Part shown: in pieces, positions 56,251 through 64,000 of the stretch
How the letters are laid out: the number at the start of each line of letters is the position of its first letter
Position numbering within the stretch: the first letter of the stretch is position 1
Origin: Polyangiales bacterium
Lineage (GTDB): Bacteria; Myxococcota_A; Polyangia; Polyangiales; Ga0077539
Direction: 5' to 3'
Length of the DNA stretch: 64,000 bases
Assembly (NCBI GenBank): GCA_044229975.1
Contig: JBGARZ010000002.1
Coordinates: 1,017,125 to 1,081,124 of the forward strand
Position numbers and translations under genes: made by a program
The notes under the pieces: generated by a model
Seen by the model: only the letters and a program-made list of their open reading frames with translations
What the model was told of the DNA's origin: nothing
Database searches by the model: none

Positions 56251-57460
56251 GGGCGACGCGCCAGAGGGTGTTCGTCTCGTCGTCGGCCACGAGCAGCGAG
56301 CCATCGGGGAGCTCCAGCAGGCCCACCGGGCGGCCCCACACGCGGTCGTCGGGGAGGCGCCAGCCGGTGACGAAGTCGTCGACGACAGAGGTCGCGCGGC
56401 CGTCTGCGAAGTGCACCCGGACGACCTCGTAGCCGACGCGCTGTGAGCGGTTCCAGGAGCCGTGGAGGGAGACGAGGGCGTCGCCGCGGGGGACGCCGAG
56501 AGCGCCGCGCGTGGGGAAGAGGAGGCCCACGGCGGCGACGTGCGCGCCGAGGGCGAGGTCGGGCACCACGGCGCTGCGCACGAGGTCGGGTCGCTCGCCC
56601 TCATGGCGCGGGTCGACGTGCGCCCCGAAGTACGAATAGGGCCACCCGTAAAACGCACCCTCCCGCACCTCGGTGAGATAGTCGGGGACGAGGTCGTCAC
56701 CCAGGCCGTCGCGCTCGTTGACGACGGCGAAGAGGCGATGCGTGTCGGGGTGGAAGGCGATCCAGACCGGGTTGCGGAGACCACTCGCGAAGACCCGGGC
56801 TCCCCTCCCCTCGGACGACGCCACCAGGACGGCCGCGCGGCGCTGGTCGCTCTCCACGTCGTCGTTGGTCTCGCTGCCGACGGACGCAAACACCTGCCGA
56901 CCATCAGCCGACACGGCCACCGAGCGCGTCCAGTGCTGGTTGTAGCCACCACCCGGCAGCGGCATGACCAGCTCGGGCGGCGCGTCGCGGCGGGTCTGCC
57001 CAGGTCGGTAGCGGTAGCGCACCACCCGATCGGTGCACCCGACGTAGAGCCAGCCGTCGGGGTGAAACGCGAGGCCGAAGGGCTGACGGAGCCCGTCGTC
57101 CCAGACGACGCGTTCGCGGTCGGAGGCACCGTCACCGTCCGCGTCGTGCAGCACCGAGATGCGACCCGCGCGGTGCTCGGCGACGAAGACCGCACCGTCC
57201 GGAGCGAGCACCATCGCGCGGCCGCCAGCGAGCCCGGCCGCCCACGCAACGGTCACCGTGCCGGGTGGCCCGCGCGGAACAACGCCGTCGGGTCGGGCGA
57301 CGATGCGCGGCGGGTTGTAGGTAATGCCCGCGACGCGGTTGGGCGCCGGGAGTCGAACGACGCCCGCGCGGGTGCGCACGTGCTGCGGGGCGCGCTCACC
57401 ATGGCAGGCGGAGACCGACGCAACGACGCAGGTCGCCCCGAGGAGGCGCGCGCCGATCAT
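56225..57460 (-). CDS. PQQ-dependent sugar/sorbosone dehydrogenase-family beta-propeller
   Basis: HWTRSV, ASGLRNPV, NERDGLGDDLVPDYLT, FYGWPY, HGSWNRS..GY, GRPVG. Confidence 0.88.
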   Translation of the reverse strand: MIGARLLGATCVVASVSACHGERAPQHVRTRAGVVRLPAPNRVAGITYNPPRIVARPDGVVPRGPPGTVTVAWAAGLAGGRAMVLAPDGAVFVAEHRAGRISVLHDADGDGASDRERVVWDDGLRQPFGLAFHPDGWLYVGCTDRVVRYRYRPGQTRRDAPPELVMPLPGGGYNQHWTRSVAVSADGRQVFASVGSETNDDVESDQRRAAVLVASSEGRGARVFASGLRNPVWIAFHPDTHRLFAVVNERDGLGDDLVPDYLTEVREGAFYGWPYSYFGAHVDPRHEGERPDLVRSAVVPDLALGAHVAAVGLLFPTRGALGVPRGDALVSLHGSWNRSQRVGYEVVRVHFADGRATSVVDDFVTGWRLPDDRVWGRPVGLLELPDGSLLVADDETNTLWRVAPTGSRPAG

Positions 57461-59607
57461 GGTGCGTTCGCGACGGCCGCGCGGCGCACGTCCGCGACGG
57501 TCGAGATCAACAGCGCAAGGTCCACGGGCTTGGTCAGGAAGGCCGTGAAGCCCGCCGCGAGCGCGCGCGCCTTGTCCTCCGGCCGGGCGAAGGCGGTGAG
57601 CGCGACCGACGGCGTGGCGCCGCCGCTCGGAGGGTCGAGCTGTCGCACGCGCGCCATGAACGACAGGCCGTCCTCGTCGGGCATCCCGATATCCGACACC
57701 ACGACGTCGGGGCGATCGGCGCGCAGGCTCGCGTACGCGGTCGCGGCGTCAGCGGCGGTGCTCACCTTGGCCCCGCATGCCTGGAGCAGCGAGCGCAGGA
57801 GTTCGCGCGCGTCGACCTCGTCGTCCACCACCAGCACATGAACTCCCTCCAGTGACGGCTCGAACATGGGCTGGACACTCTCCTCGTGGACGGCCACCGC
57901 GTCGGGCGGCGTGGGACGCGCCACCTCGGTCGGGCTCACGCCGTCGACCGGGAGGCGGGCGATGAACGTGGCGCCGAGGCCGGGGCCGTCGCTCTCGGCG
58001 GCGACCGTTCCACCGTGGAGCTCGACGAGGTGACGGACGATCGCGAGCCCCAGACCGAGGCCCCCGTGCCGCCGCGCGATGCTCGCGTCGGCCTGGCGAA
58101 AGCGCTCGAACATGTGCGGGAGGAAGTCGCGGGCGATGCCCTGCCCCGAGTCGCTCACCTCCAGCTCCAGCGAACCTTCGCGACGGCGCGCGCGCACCGC
58201 CACGCGACCGCCTCGCGGGGTGAACTTCGCGGCGTTGGAGAGGAGGTTCCAGAGCACCTGCTGGAGGCGCGCGGCGTCGGCGATGATCGTGCCGAGGTCG
58301 GGGTCGCAGGCGACCTCCAGGGTGAGGTTGCGCGCTTCGAGCGCCGGGCGAACGGCGTCCACGGCGGACTGCACCACCTGCGTCGGGTCGACGGTCGCGC
58401 GGTCGAGCACCAGCTTGCCCGACACGATGCGGCTCACGTCGAGGATGTCCTCGATGAGCCGCGCCTGAGCCTGGGCGTTGCGCTCGATGGTCGACAGCGC
58501 GTGCTCCCGGCGGGCCTCGGGCACCTGCCCCGATCGCAGCATCGCCGCCCACCCGAGGATGGCGTTGAGCGGCGTTCGCAGCTCGTGGCTCAGCGTCGTC
58601 AGGAACTCGTCCTTCAGCCGGTTGGCCCGCTCCGCCTCCGCCCGCGCCGCCTCGGCCTGCGCCAGCAGCTCGACGCGCTCCGCCTCGACGCGCCGACGCT
58701 CGGAGACGTCGCGCTGCGTGCCCCACGCCCGCACGAGGTGCCCGTGCTCCACGACACCGACGAGGCTGTTGATGAAGTGGCGCTCGCGGCCCTCGCGGTC
58801 GTGCTCGACGGAGGCCACGTCCGCGAGGCGGTACCCGCTCTCGGCGAAGGCCATGAGGTACTCGACGTTGCGCGCCTCGGTCGCGGGCATCATGTCGGTC
58901 ACCCTGGCGCCGACGATGTCCGTCGCGCGCTCGTACCCGTACATCCGCGCGAGCACGTCGTTGCACTCGGCGAGGCGGGCGTCCCGAAACATCGCCTCGA
59001 CCTGCGCGGCCGCCGGGAGGGTCACGTCGACGGGTGGATCGATCTCGAAGCGCCAGATGGCCTCGACGCTCGACGCCACGTAGCCCCGGTAGCGGGCGTC
59101 GGTCTCGGCGAGGCGACGGTGGGCCGACCGCAGCTCGACCTCGGCGGCGGCGGAGGAGGCGAGGTCGCGCAGGGCGGCGAGCTCCTGCTCGGTCCACTCG
59201 CGCGGGCGGTCGTCGGCCACGCACAGCACGCCCGGGATGTGACCGTCGGCCGTGACGATGGGAACCCCGGCGTACGAACCCCTCGTGTGGGCAGACGACC
59301 CGACGGACCCGGGGAGTGCCGCGAGGTCGGTGACGGCCAGCGGGGCGCCGGCATCGATGACCCGACGGCAGATGGACTCCTCCAACGGCACCTCGACCCG
59401 AGCGCCCGCGACGGGGTCGAGGCCCGCGTGACCGAGCACCACCTGGCGGCGGTCATCGAGCACGGACACCAGGGCGACCGTGACCCCAAGGAGCTGACGA
59501 GCGAGCCGGGCGATGCGCTCGAAGGCGAGGCCCGGAGAGCCATCGAGGAGCTCCGTCGCGCGCAGCGCTGCGAGCCGGTCGGGGTCGTCGATTCGGGGGG
59601 AGGTCAT
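57457..59607 (-). CDS. Hybrid histidine kinase GAF-PAS-HisKA-HATPase-REC
   Basis: RLAALRATELLD (GAF), WGTQRDVSER (PAS/PAC), [32 protein letters not shown]. Confidence 0.93.
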   Translation of the reverse strand: MTSPRIDDPDRLAALRATELLDGSPGLAFERIARLARQLLGVTVALVSVLDDRRQVVLGHAGLDPVAGARVEVPLEESICRRVIDAGAPLAVTDLAALPGSVGSSAHTRGSYAGVPIVTADGHIPGVLCVADDRPREWTEQELAALRDLASSAAAEVELRSAHRRLAETDARYRGYVASSVEAIWRFEIDPPVDVTLPAAAQVEAMFRDARLAECNDVLARMYGYERATDIVGARVTDMMPATEARNVEYLMAFAESGYRLADVASVEHDREGRERHFINSLVGVVEHGHLVRAWGTQRDVSERRRVEAERVELLAQAEAARAEAERANRLKDEFLTTLSHELRTPLNAILGWAAMLRSGQVPEARREHALSTIERNAQAQARLIEDILDVSRIVSGKLVLDRATVDPTQVVQSAVDAVRPALEARNLTLEVACDPDLGTIIADAARLQQVLWNLLSNAAKFTPRGGRVAVRARRREGSLELEVSDSGQGIARDFLPHMFERFRQADASIARRHGGLGLGLAIVRHLVELHGGTVAAESDGPGLGATFIARLPVDGVSPTEVARPTPPDAVAVHEESVQPMFEPSLEGVHVLVVDDEVDARELLRSLLQACGAKVSTAADAATAYASLRADRPDVVVSDIGMPDEDGLSFMARVRQLDPPSGGATPSVALTAFARPEDKARALAAGFTAFLTKPVDLALLISTVADVRRAAVANAP

Positions 59608-59715
59608 CGCAGGGGAAGAGCGCGTCGAACGCCTTGAGTTCTCAGGGTGCCCACGCTGCGAACTCCCTTAGGGCCACATTCTCCCACCCGGAAGTGACGA
59701 TCACCGCCCTCGGTC

Positions 59716-61989
59716 TCATTCCACCGAAAGCAGGAAGTTCAGGAGGTCGGACACCTGTTCCGCAGACAGGTGGGAGGTGCGGCCGTGGCGGTCGTCGCGG
59801 TTGCGGGTCACGAGCACGTCCCTCAGCGTCGCGGCCGATCCGTCGTGGAGGTACGGCGCCGTGCGCCACAGGCCACGGAGGGTGGGTGTGTCGAGGCCCG
59901 TGAGCGGTGCCCCGAGGCGTTGGCCGCTGCCGGGACCAAGCGTACCGACGTCATGGAGGATGGGCGTTCGCCCACCAGGCATGAACGCGCTGTCGGTGTA
60001 CCGCTCGCCCGAGTGACAGGTGGTGCACCCGGTGCCCTCGCTGCGGAAGAGCGCCTCACCGCGGTTGCGAGAGAGGGTCCACGCCGCGTCGTCGTCCTGG
60101 CGGTAGGGAGATCGCCCGGCGTGGCGGAGGCTCGCCACGTAGGCCGCGAGCGCATCGAGGTCGGCCGAGAGCCCCGCCTTGGGAGCACCGAGCGGGCGAT
60201 CGTGATCGCCCATGTGGAAGACGGCATCGGCGAGGAAGCCGGTGCCCCCTTGGCCTCCGCGGATGTCGTGTTCGAAGTCCTGCACCTCGTCGAAGTTGGC
60301 GCTCCAGTGGATGGGCCCATGCGCGTCGCCGCCCCGCCCCTGGAGGGGGATGGTGTTGCGGAGCCCCTCGCCGCGCTGGGTGAAGTCCCACACGAGGTTG
60401 TCGCCCTCGCCATCGAGGTGACAGCTCGCGCACGAGAGGTACGAGGTGCGGCTCATGCGAGGGTCGCGGCTCGCGTAGAAGATCCGCTGTCCGAGGGCGA
60501 CCTGCGGGTCGAGCGGCTCGGCGGTCACGGTGGAGACGTCCGCGAGGGCGGTCGGCGCGCGGGACAGGTCGCGCACGTCGTACACGCGCACCGTGCGGGA
60601 GGTGAAGCCATGGACGAAGAGGCGGGCGCCGTCGGGGCTCAGCGCGAGGCCCTGCGGAGCGCCGCCGACGTTGGCGATGGAGCCGGTGATGTTGAACCCC
60701 TCGGGGTCGAGCGCGACCACGATCTCGGCGCCCTGGAGCGCAGCAAACACCCGGTCGCCTTGCGGGGAGAACACCACCGCCGAGGCGTAGTCGAGGTCGT
60801 CGAAGGAGTAGCGCACGGCCTCGGACGGCGGGGTGCTCCCGGAGCCCGGCACGACGAGGGAGAGCACGGCGCGCGCGCTGGTCTGCGAGCTGAGCTCCTC
60901 GCGGGTGCGAAACATCCCCGTGACGTTGTTGGCCTTGAGCGCGGGGATGATGGCCTCACGCCCCGCGGGCCCGAACGCGAGCGCCCCGAGGAAGCTCGGC
61001 ACGCCGCTGTTGTCGGTGTCGCTGTCGAGGTCTTCCTGCACCTGGAGGAGAGCCGTTCCCACGACGCGCGGTGCGGTGGGATCGCTCGCGTCGACCTGCA
61101 CCACGCGCGCCCCGTCGGCGTCACCGCGCCAGCGGGTGACGAGGGCCATTCCAGCCGCGTTGACGGTGACCGCGCGGGCGTCGAAGCCCACGTCGACGGA
61201 GCCCGTGACGGCCCCGGTGGCGGCGTCGACGATGACGAGCCGACCAGCATCCTGGAGCGTGACGAAGAAGCGCGCGGCGCGCGGATCGGCCGCGACGCCG
61301 AAGGGCCTCGCACCACCGCCGAGAGAGACGGACTGCCGCTGCGTGCGAGTGGCGGCGTCGTAGAGGCGGAGGGCGCCGTCGTCCTGGCAGGCGACGGCGA
61401 CGACGGTGCCCGCGACCGCCACGGTGCGCGGATGGTCGCAGGTCGGAACGACGGCCAGACGACTGGTGGGCTCATCCGAGAGCACGGCGACGGAGTCGGC
61501 GTCGGGCGTGACGACCCAGACCTCGCGGCGCAGCGGGTCGTACGTGATGGTGCTCGATGCGGTGGGACGCGGGACGGTGGGTCGGGCGACGACGCGAAAC
61601 GAAGCGGACACCTCGGCGTGCATCCCACGGGCGTCGACGGAGACGAAGGCGCGGAAGGCGCCGAGGTCGGTCCATCGGCGGCAGGCGCGCTCGGTGGTGA
61701 CGCGAACGCCATCGGGTTCGAGGATCCAGGCGAAGCGAGCGCCCGCGCCGCCGTTGTGGACGACGGTGAGGCAGGTCTCCTCGCCCTGGTAGACGAAGCC
61801 GCCGCCCTCGATGCGCGCGCGGAGTGCGCCGCTGGGTTCGATGTCGGTCGTCACGTCAGCGATGACGTCGACGGTCGGGGTGTCACGCGCGACGTCGAGC
61901 GCACCGGCATCGGCAGGAGCAGCGGGCGGCGCGGCCTCGCAGCCGAGCGCGAGGGCGGCGACGAAGGGGAGGAGCGCGCGGCGTGTCAC
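59716..61989 (-). CDS. Lipoprotein with YVTN-like beta-propeller and di-heme cytochrome c (MauG/peroxidase-like) domain
   Basis: Lipobox ALGC; PQGLALSPDG repeats; heme motifs CASCH and CTTCH; TPTLRGLWRTAPYLHDGS. Confidence 0.88.
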   Translation of the reverse strand: MTRRALLPFVAALALGCEAAPPAAPADAGALDVARDTPTVDVIADVTTDIEPSGALRARIEGGGFVYQGEETCLTVVHNGGAGARFAWILEPDGVRVTTERACRRWTDLGAFRAFVSVDARGMHAEVSASFRVVARPTVPRPTASSTITYDPLRREVWVVTPDADSVAVLSDEPTSRLAVVPTCDHPRTVAVAGTVVAVACQDDGALRLYDAATRTQRQSVSLGGGARPFGVAADPRAARFFVTLQDAGRLVIVDAATGAVTGSVDVGFDARAVTVNAAGMALVTRWRGDADGARVVQVDASDPTAPRVVGTALLQVQEDLDSDTDNSGVPSFLGALAFGPAGREAIIPALKANNVTGMFRTREELSSQTSARAVLSLVVPGSGSTPPSEAVRYSFDDLDYASAVVFSPQGDRVFAALQGAEIVVALDPEGFNITGSIANVGGAPQGLALSPDGARLFVHGFTSRTVRVYDVRDLSRAPTALADVSTVTAEPLDPQVALGQRIFYASRDPRMSRTSYLSCASCHLDGEGDNLVWDFTQRGEGLRNTIPLQGRGGDAHGPIHWSANFDEVQDFEHDIRGGQGGTGFLADAVFHMGDHDRPLGAPKAGLSADLDALAAYVASLRHAGRSPYRQDDDAAWTLSRNRGEALFRSEGTGCTTCHSGERYTDSAFMPGGRTPILHDVGTLGPGSGQRLGAPLTGLDTPTLRGLWRTAPYLHDGSAATLRDVLVTRNRDDRHGRTSHLSAEQVSDLLNFLLSVE

Positions 61990-61993
61990 GGGC

Positions 61994-63721
61994 TCATGAC
62001 CCCGGGCAGGCGACGGTGCGGAAGGTCGAGCGGAAGGGCATGGTGACGGCGTTGCCGGAGAAGTCGCGAACGCCCCCAGCGGGGACGAGCACCTCGTACT
62101 GGGTGTCGGGCTTGAGCGGGCGAGCGGGCCAGAAGTTCACGACGCCCTCCTGCCCCGAGTAGTGGCCTTCGATGGGAGCGGTGGTGCCCACCTCGCGAAC
62201 GATGAACGAGCCGCGCCAGACGGTTCGCAGCTCGACGAACTCGTTGAAGGTCATGCCGACGCGCGTGGAGAGCGGTTGGGCCGTGGCGTTGTCGCGCGGC
62301 ACCACCATGTTGACCCGCGGCGCGCTGCGGTCGGGGTCGGCGCGGAAGGGAAAGACCCCCGTCGCCTGGTCGGGCACGGCGTCGTCGTCCACGGAGACCA
62401 CGGCGACGTTGCCGATGGGAACGATGGTGTCGAGGTCGCCCGTGAAGTTGAAGGTCGTGATGGGGGTGGCGACCCGCGGGTTGGACACGTCGAGGGCGAC
62501 GCCGGTGTTGCTCAGGCCCAGGAAGGCGACGTCTTCCTTGATGAAGACGTACCCGCCGTTGGCGCGGCCCGGGTGCAGGTAGCTGAAGAGAAACTGCGGC
62601 GAGCTCGGGTCGGTGATGTCGTAGCTGATGAGCCCGCCGCCCAGCACGTGCCGCGCATAGAACATCCGGTTGCCGTTGATGTGCCCGGTGTACCCGAGCT
62701 GGATGCGACGGTTGGCGGCGCCTTCTTCCGCGTCGCGGATGAGGAAGCTCCCGCCGGGGATGGGCCGCGGGTGCGCCGGGTCGCCGATGTCGAGGAGGGT
62801 GGTGCGTGATCCTTCGCTGGAGATCATCACCAGCATGTTGCCGATGGCGTGCACGCCACCGACGCTCATGGCGGGGTTGGCGGGTTCCTGGGCGACGAGC
62901 CGGGGGTTGGTGGGGTCGCTCGCGTCGACGATGAAGAGGCCGTTGTCGGTGGCGCCGACGTAGACGTACGGCGCCTGCCAGAAGGTGCTCATCACCACGC
63001 GACGGTACGAGTCGGGGTAGACCACGCCGGGCAGCACGAACTCCCTCACCATGCGGACGTTGCGAAGGTCGGAGACGTCCCAGAACTCCAGGCCGGAGAG
63101 CGACGCGGTGACCATCCAGCGACCGCCGATGGGAGAGAAGCCGGCGGTGTGCGACTCGCGCATGCGGGCGTCGGTCACGGTGTTGATGTGCATCGGGTGG
63201 CAGGCGTCGGAGAAGTCCCAGACGGAGACGCCGCCGCCGCCGGACTCATGGGCCCACGGCATCATCAGGTAGCCGTCGTACATGAGCACGGTGTTGTGGT
63301 GGTCGCGGTCGGTGGGGCCGCCATCGAGGTACGCGCACGGGGTCGTGAACGACTCGGTGGTGAAGGTGCGCGATGGTCCGCCGGGGCCCGTCAGCGCGGG
63401 ATAGGCGCCGGGCTCGGGGAGGCCCGCGTCGGAGGGCTGCGGGGCGGGGCCGGCGTCGGCGAGGAGATGGCAGCCGGTCGCGGGCGGGGGGAGGTCTTCG
63501 GGGAAGGAGACGTCGTCGTTGAGGTCGACATCGGGCGAGGACTTGGGGGCGTCGGCGAGGTCGTCGGGGACGTCGGCGCCGACATCGACGGGGTGGTCGA
63601 TGCCTGCATCGACCGGGGGCGGCGCGGTGGAGCTCGACTCGCAGGCGGCGACAAGGAGCGACAGCGAAGCGGCGAGCCAGCGGGTCTTGGGTGCGTCCAC
63701 GGAAGGTGGCGCATTGTCCAC
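61994..63721 (-). CDS. Lipoprotein with LVIVD-type propeller repeats and C-terminal Ig-like (Big_5) domain; start uncertain (GTG 63721 or 63700)
   Basis: Lipobox LVAAC; GLFIVDASDPTNP, LLDIGDPAHP, SYDITDPSSP; C-terminal PRDNA...TFNE...PARPLKPDTQYEV...GVRDFSGN. Confidence 0.8.
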   Translation of the reverse strand: MDNAPPSVDAPKTRWLAASLSLLVAACESSSTAPPPVDAGIDHPVDVGADVPDDLADAPKSSPDVDLNDDVSFPEDLPPPATGCHLLADAGPAPQPSDAGLPEPGAYPALTGPGGPSRTFTTESFTTPCAYLDGGPTDRDHHNTVLMYDGYLMMPWAHESGGGGVSVWDFSDACHPMHINTVTDARMRESHTAGFSPIGGRWMVTASLSGLEFWDVSDLRNVRMVREFVLPGVVYPDSYRRVVMSTFWQAPYVYVGATDNGLFIVDASDPTNPRLVAQEPANPAMSVGGVHAIGNMLVMISSEGSRTTLLDIGDPAHPRPIPGGSFLIRDAEEGAANRRIQLGYTGHINGNRMFYARHVLGGGLISYDITDPSSPQFLFSYLHPGRANGGYVFIKEDVAFLGLSNTGVALDVSNPRVATPITTFNFTGDLDTIVPIGNVAVVSVDDDAVPDQATGVFPFRADPDRSAPRVNMVVPRDNATAQPLSTRVGMTFNEFVELRTVWRGSFIVREVGTTAPIEGHYSGQEGVVNFWPARPLKPDTQYEVLVPAGGVRDFSGNAVTMPFRSTFRTVACPGS

Positions 63722-64000
63722 GCGGGGACGTTGGCGGGGCAAGCCGGACGGTGGCGCGCTGGAGTTCGGAGTAGGGCGCGTGGTCGTCACCGACCCGAGC
63801 CAGACCCCGACCGTGAGGGAGGCGAAGCGACGGTGAGGCTGCCAGCGAGCGTGGGCGTCGCCTCCAGCGCCCACGCGTCGCCTCGTCCGCAACCCCCTCC
63901 TCCGCTCACGTCACCCTCCCCTCCGGGTGCCATCAACGGTCCCCTTCGTCGTCGGAGGAGGAATCGTCATCCACCCGGAAACCTCCCCTCCACCCCCCTC

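Noticed and set aside
63896..63980. Inverted repeats (CCTCCTCCG/CGGAGGAGG; TCCGGGTG/CACCCGGA) as a structured RNA
   Set aside because: Short, low-complexity, at the window edge, and with no recognisable RNA family features.

Overview
This is high-GC bacterial DNA. The gene content (TIGR02266-type PilZ-like domain, IgGFc-binding and IPT/TIG lipoproteins, TonB-C-fused TonB-dependent receptor, DUF4388-like domain) suggests a myxobacterium or relative (inference). About 38 protein-coding genes are supported; I found no rRNA, tRNA or CRISPR array. The main result is a 3,647-bp insertion element (13124-16770) with imperfect TG..CA inverted ends and a 6-bp GGTAGG target duplication. It carries two different DDE/integrase-core proteins and splits an EEP-family nuclease gene just before its catalytic SDH motif. 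Removing the element restores the frame and an ATGA overlap with a small downstream partner gene. A 43-bp tandem repeat lies just upstream of this cassette. Other notable items: a degenerate Hsp70/DUF4388-like/degenerate J-domain fusion; a PstS-like protein/porin/TonB-receptor cluster with a repeated palindromic operator (TCTAC-N4-GTAGA); a YqiJ-like/flotillin/giant AAA ATPase operon whose ATPase ends in a PilZ-like domain; a thioredoxin-rhodanese fusion lacking catalytic cysteines; and a 16-unit poly-HAMP kinase with cheR/cheB. All family assignments are by motif recognition, not database search.
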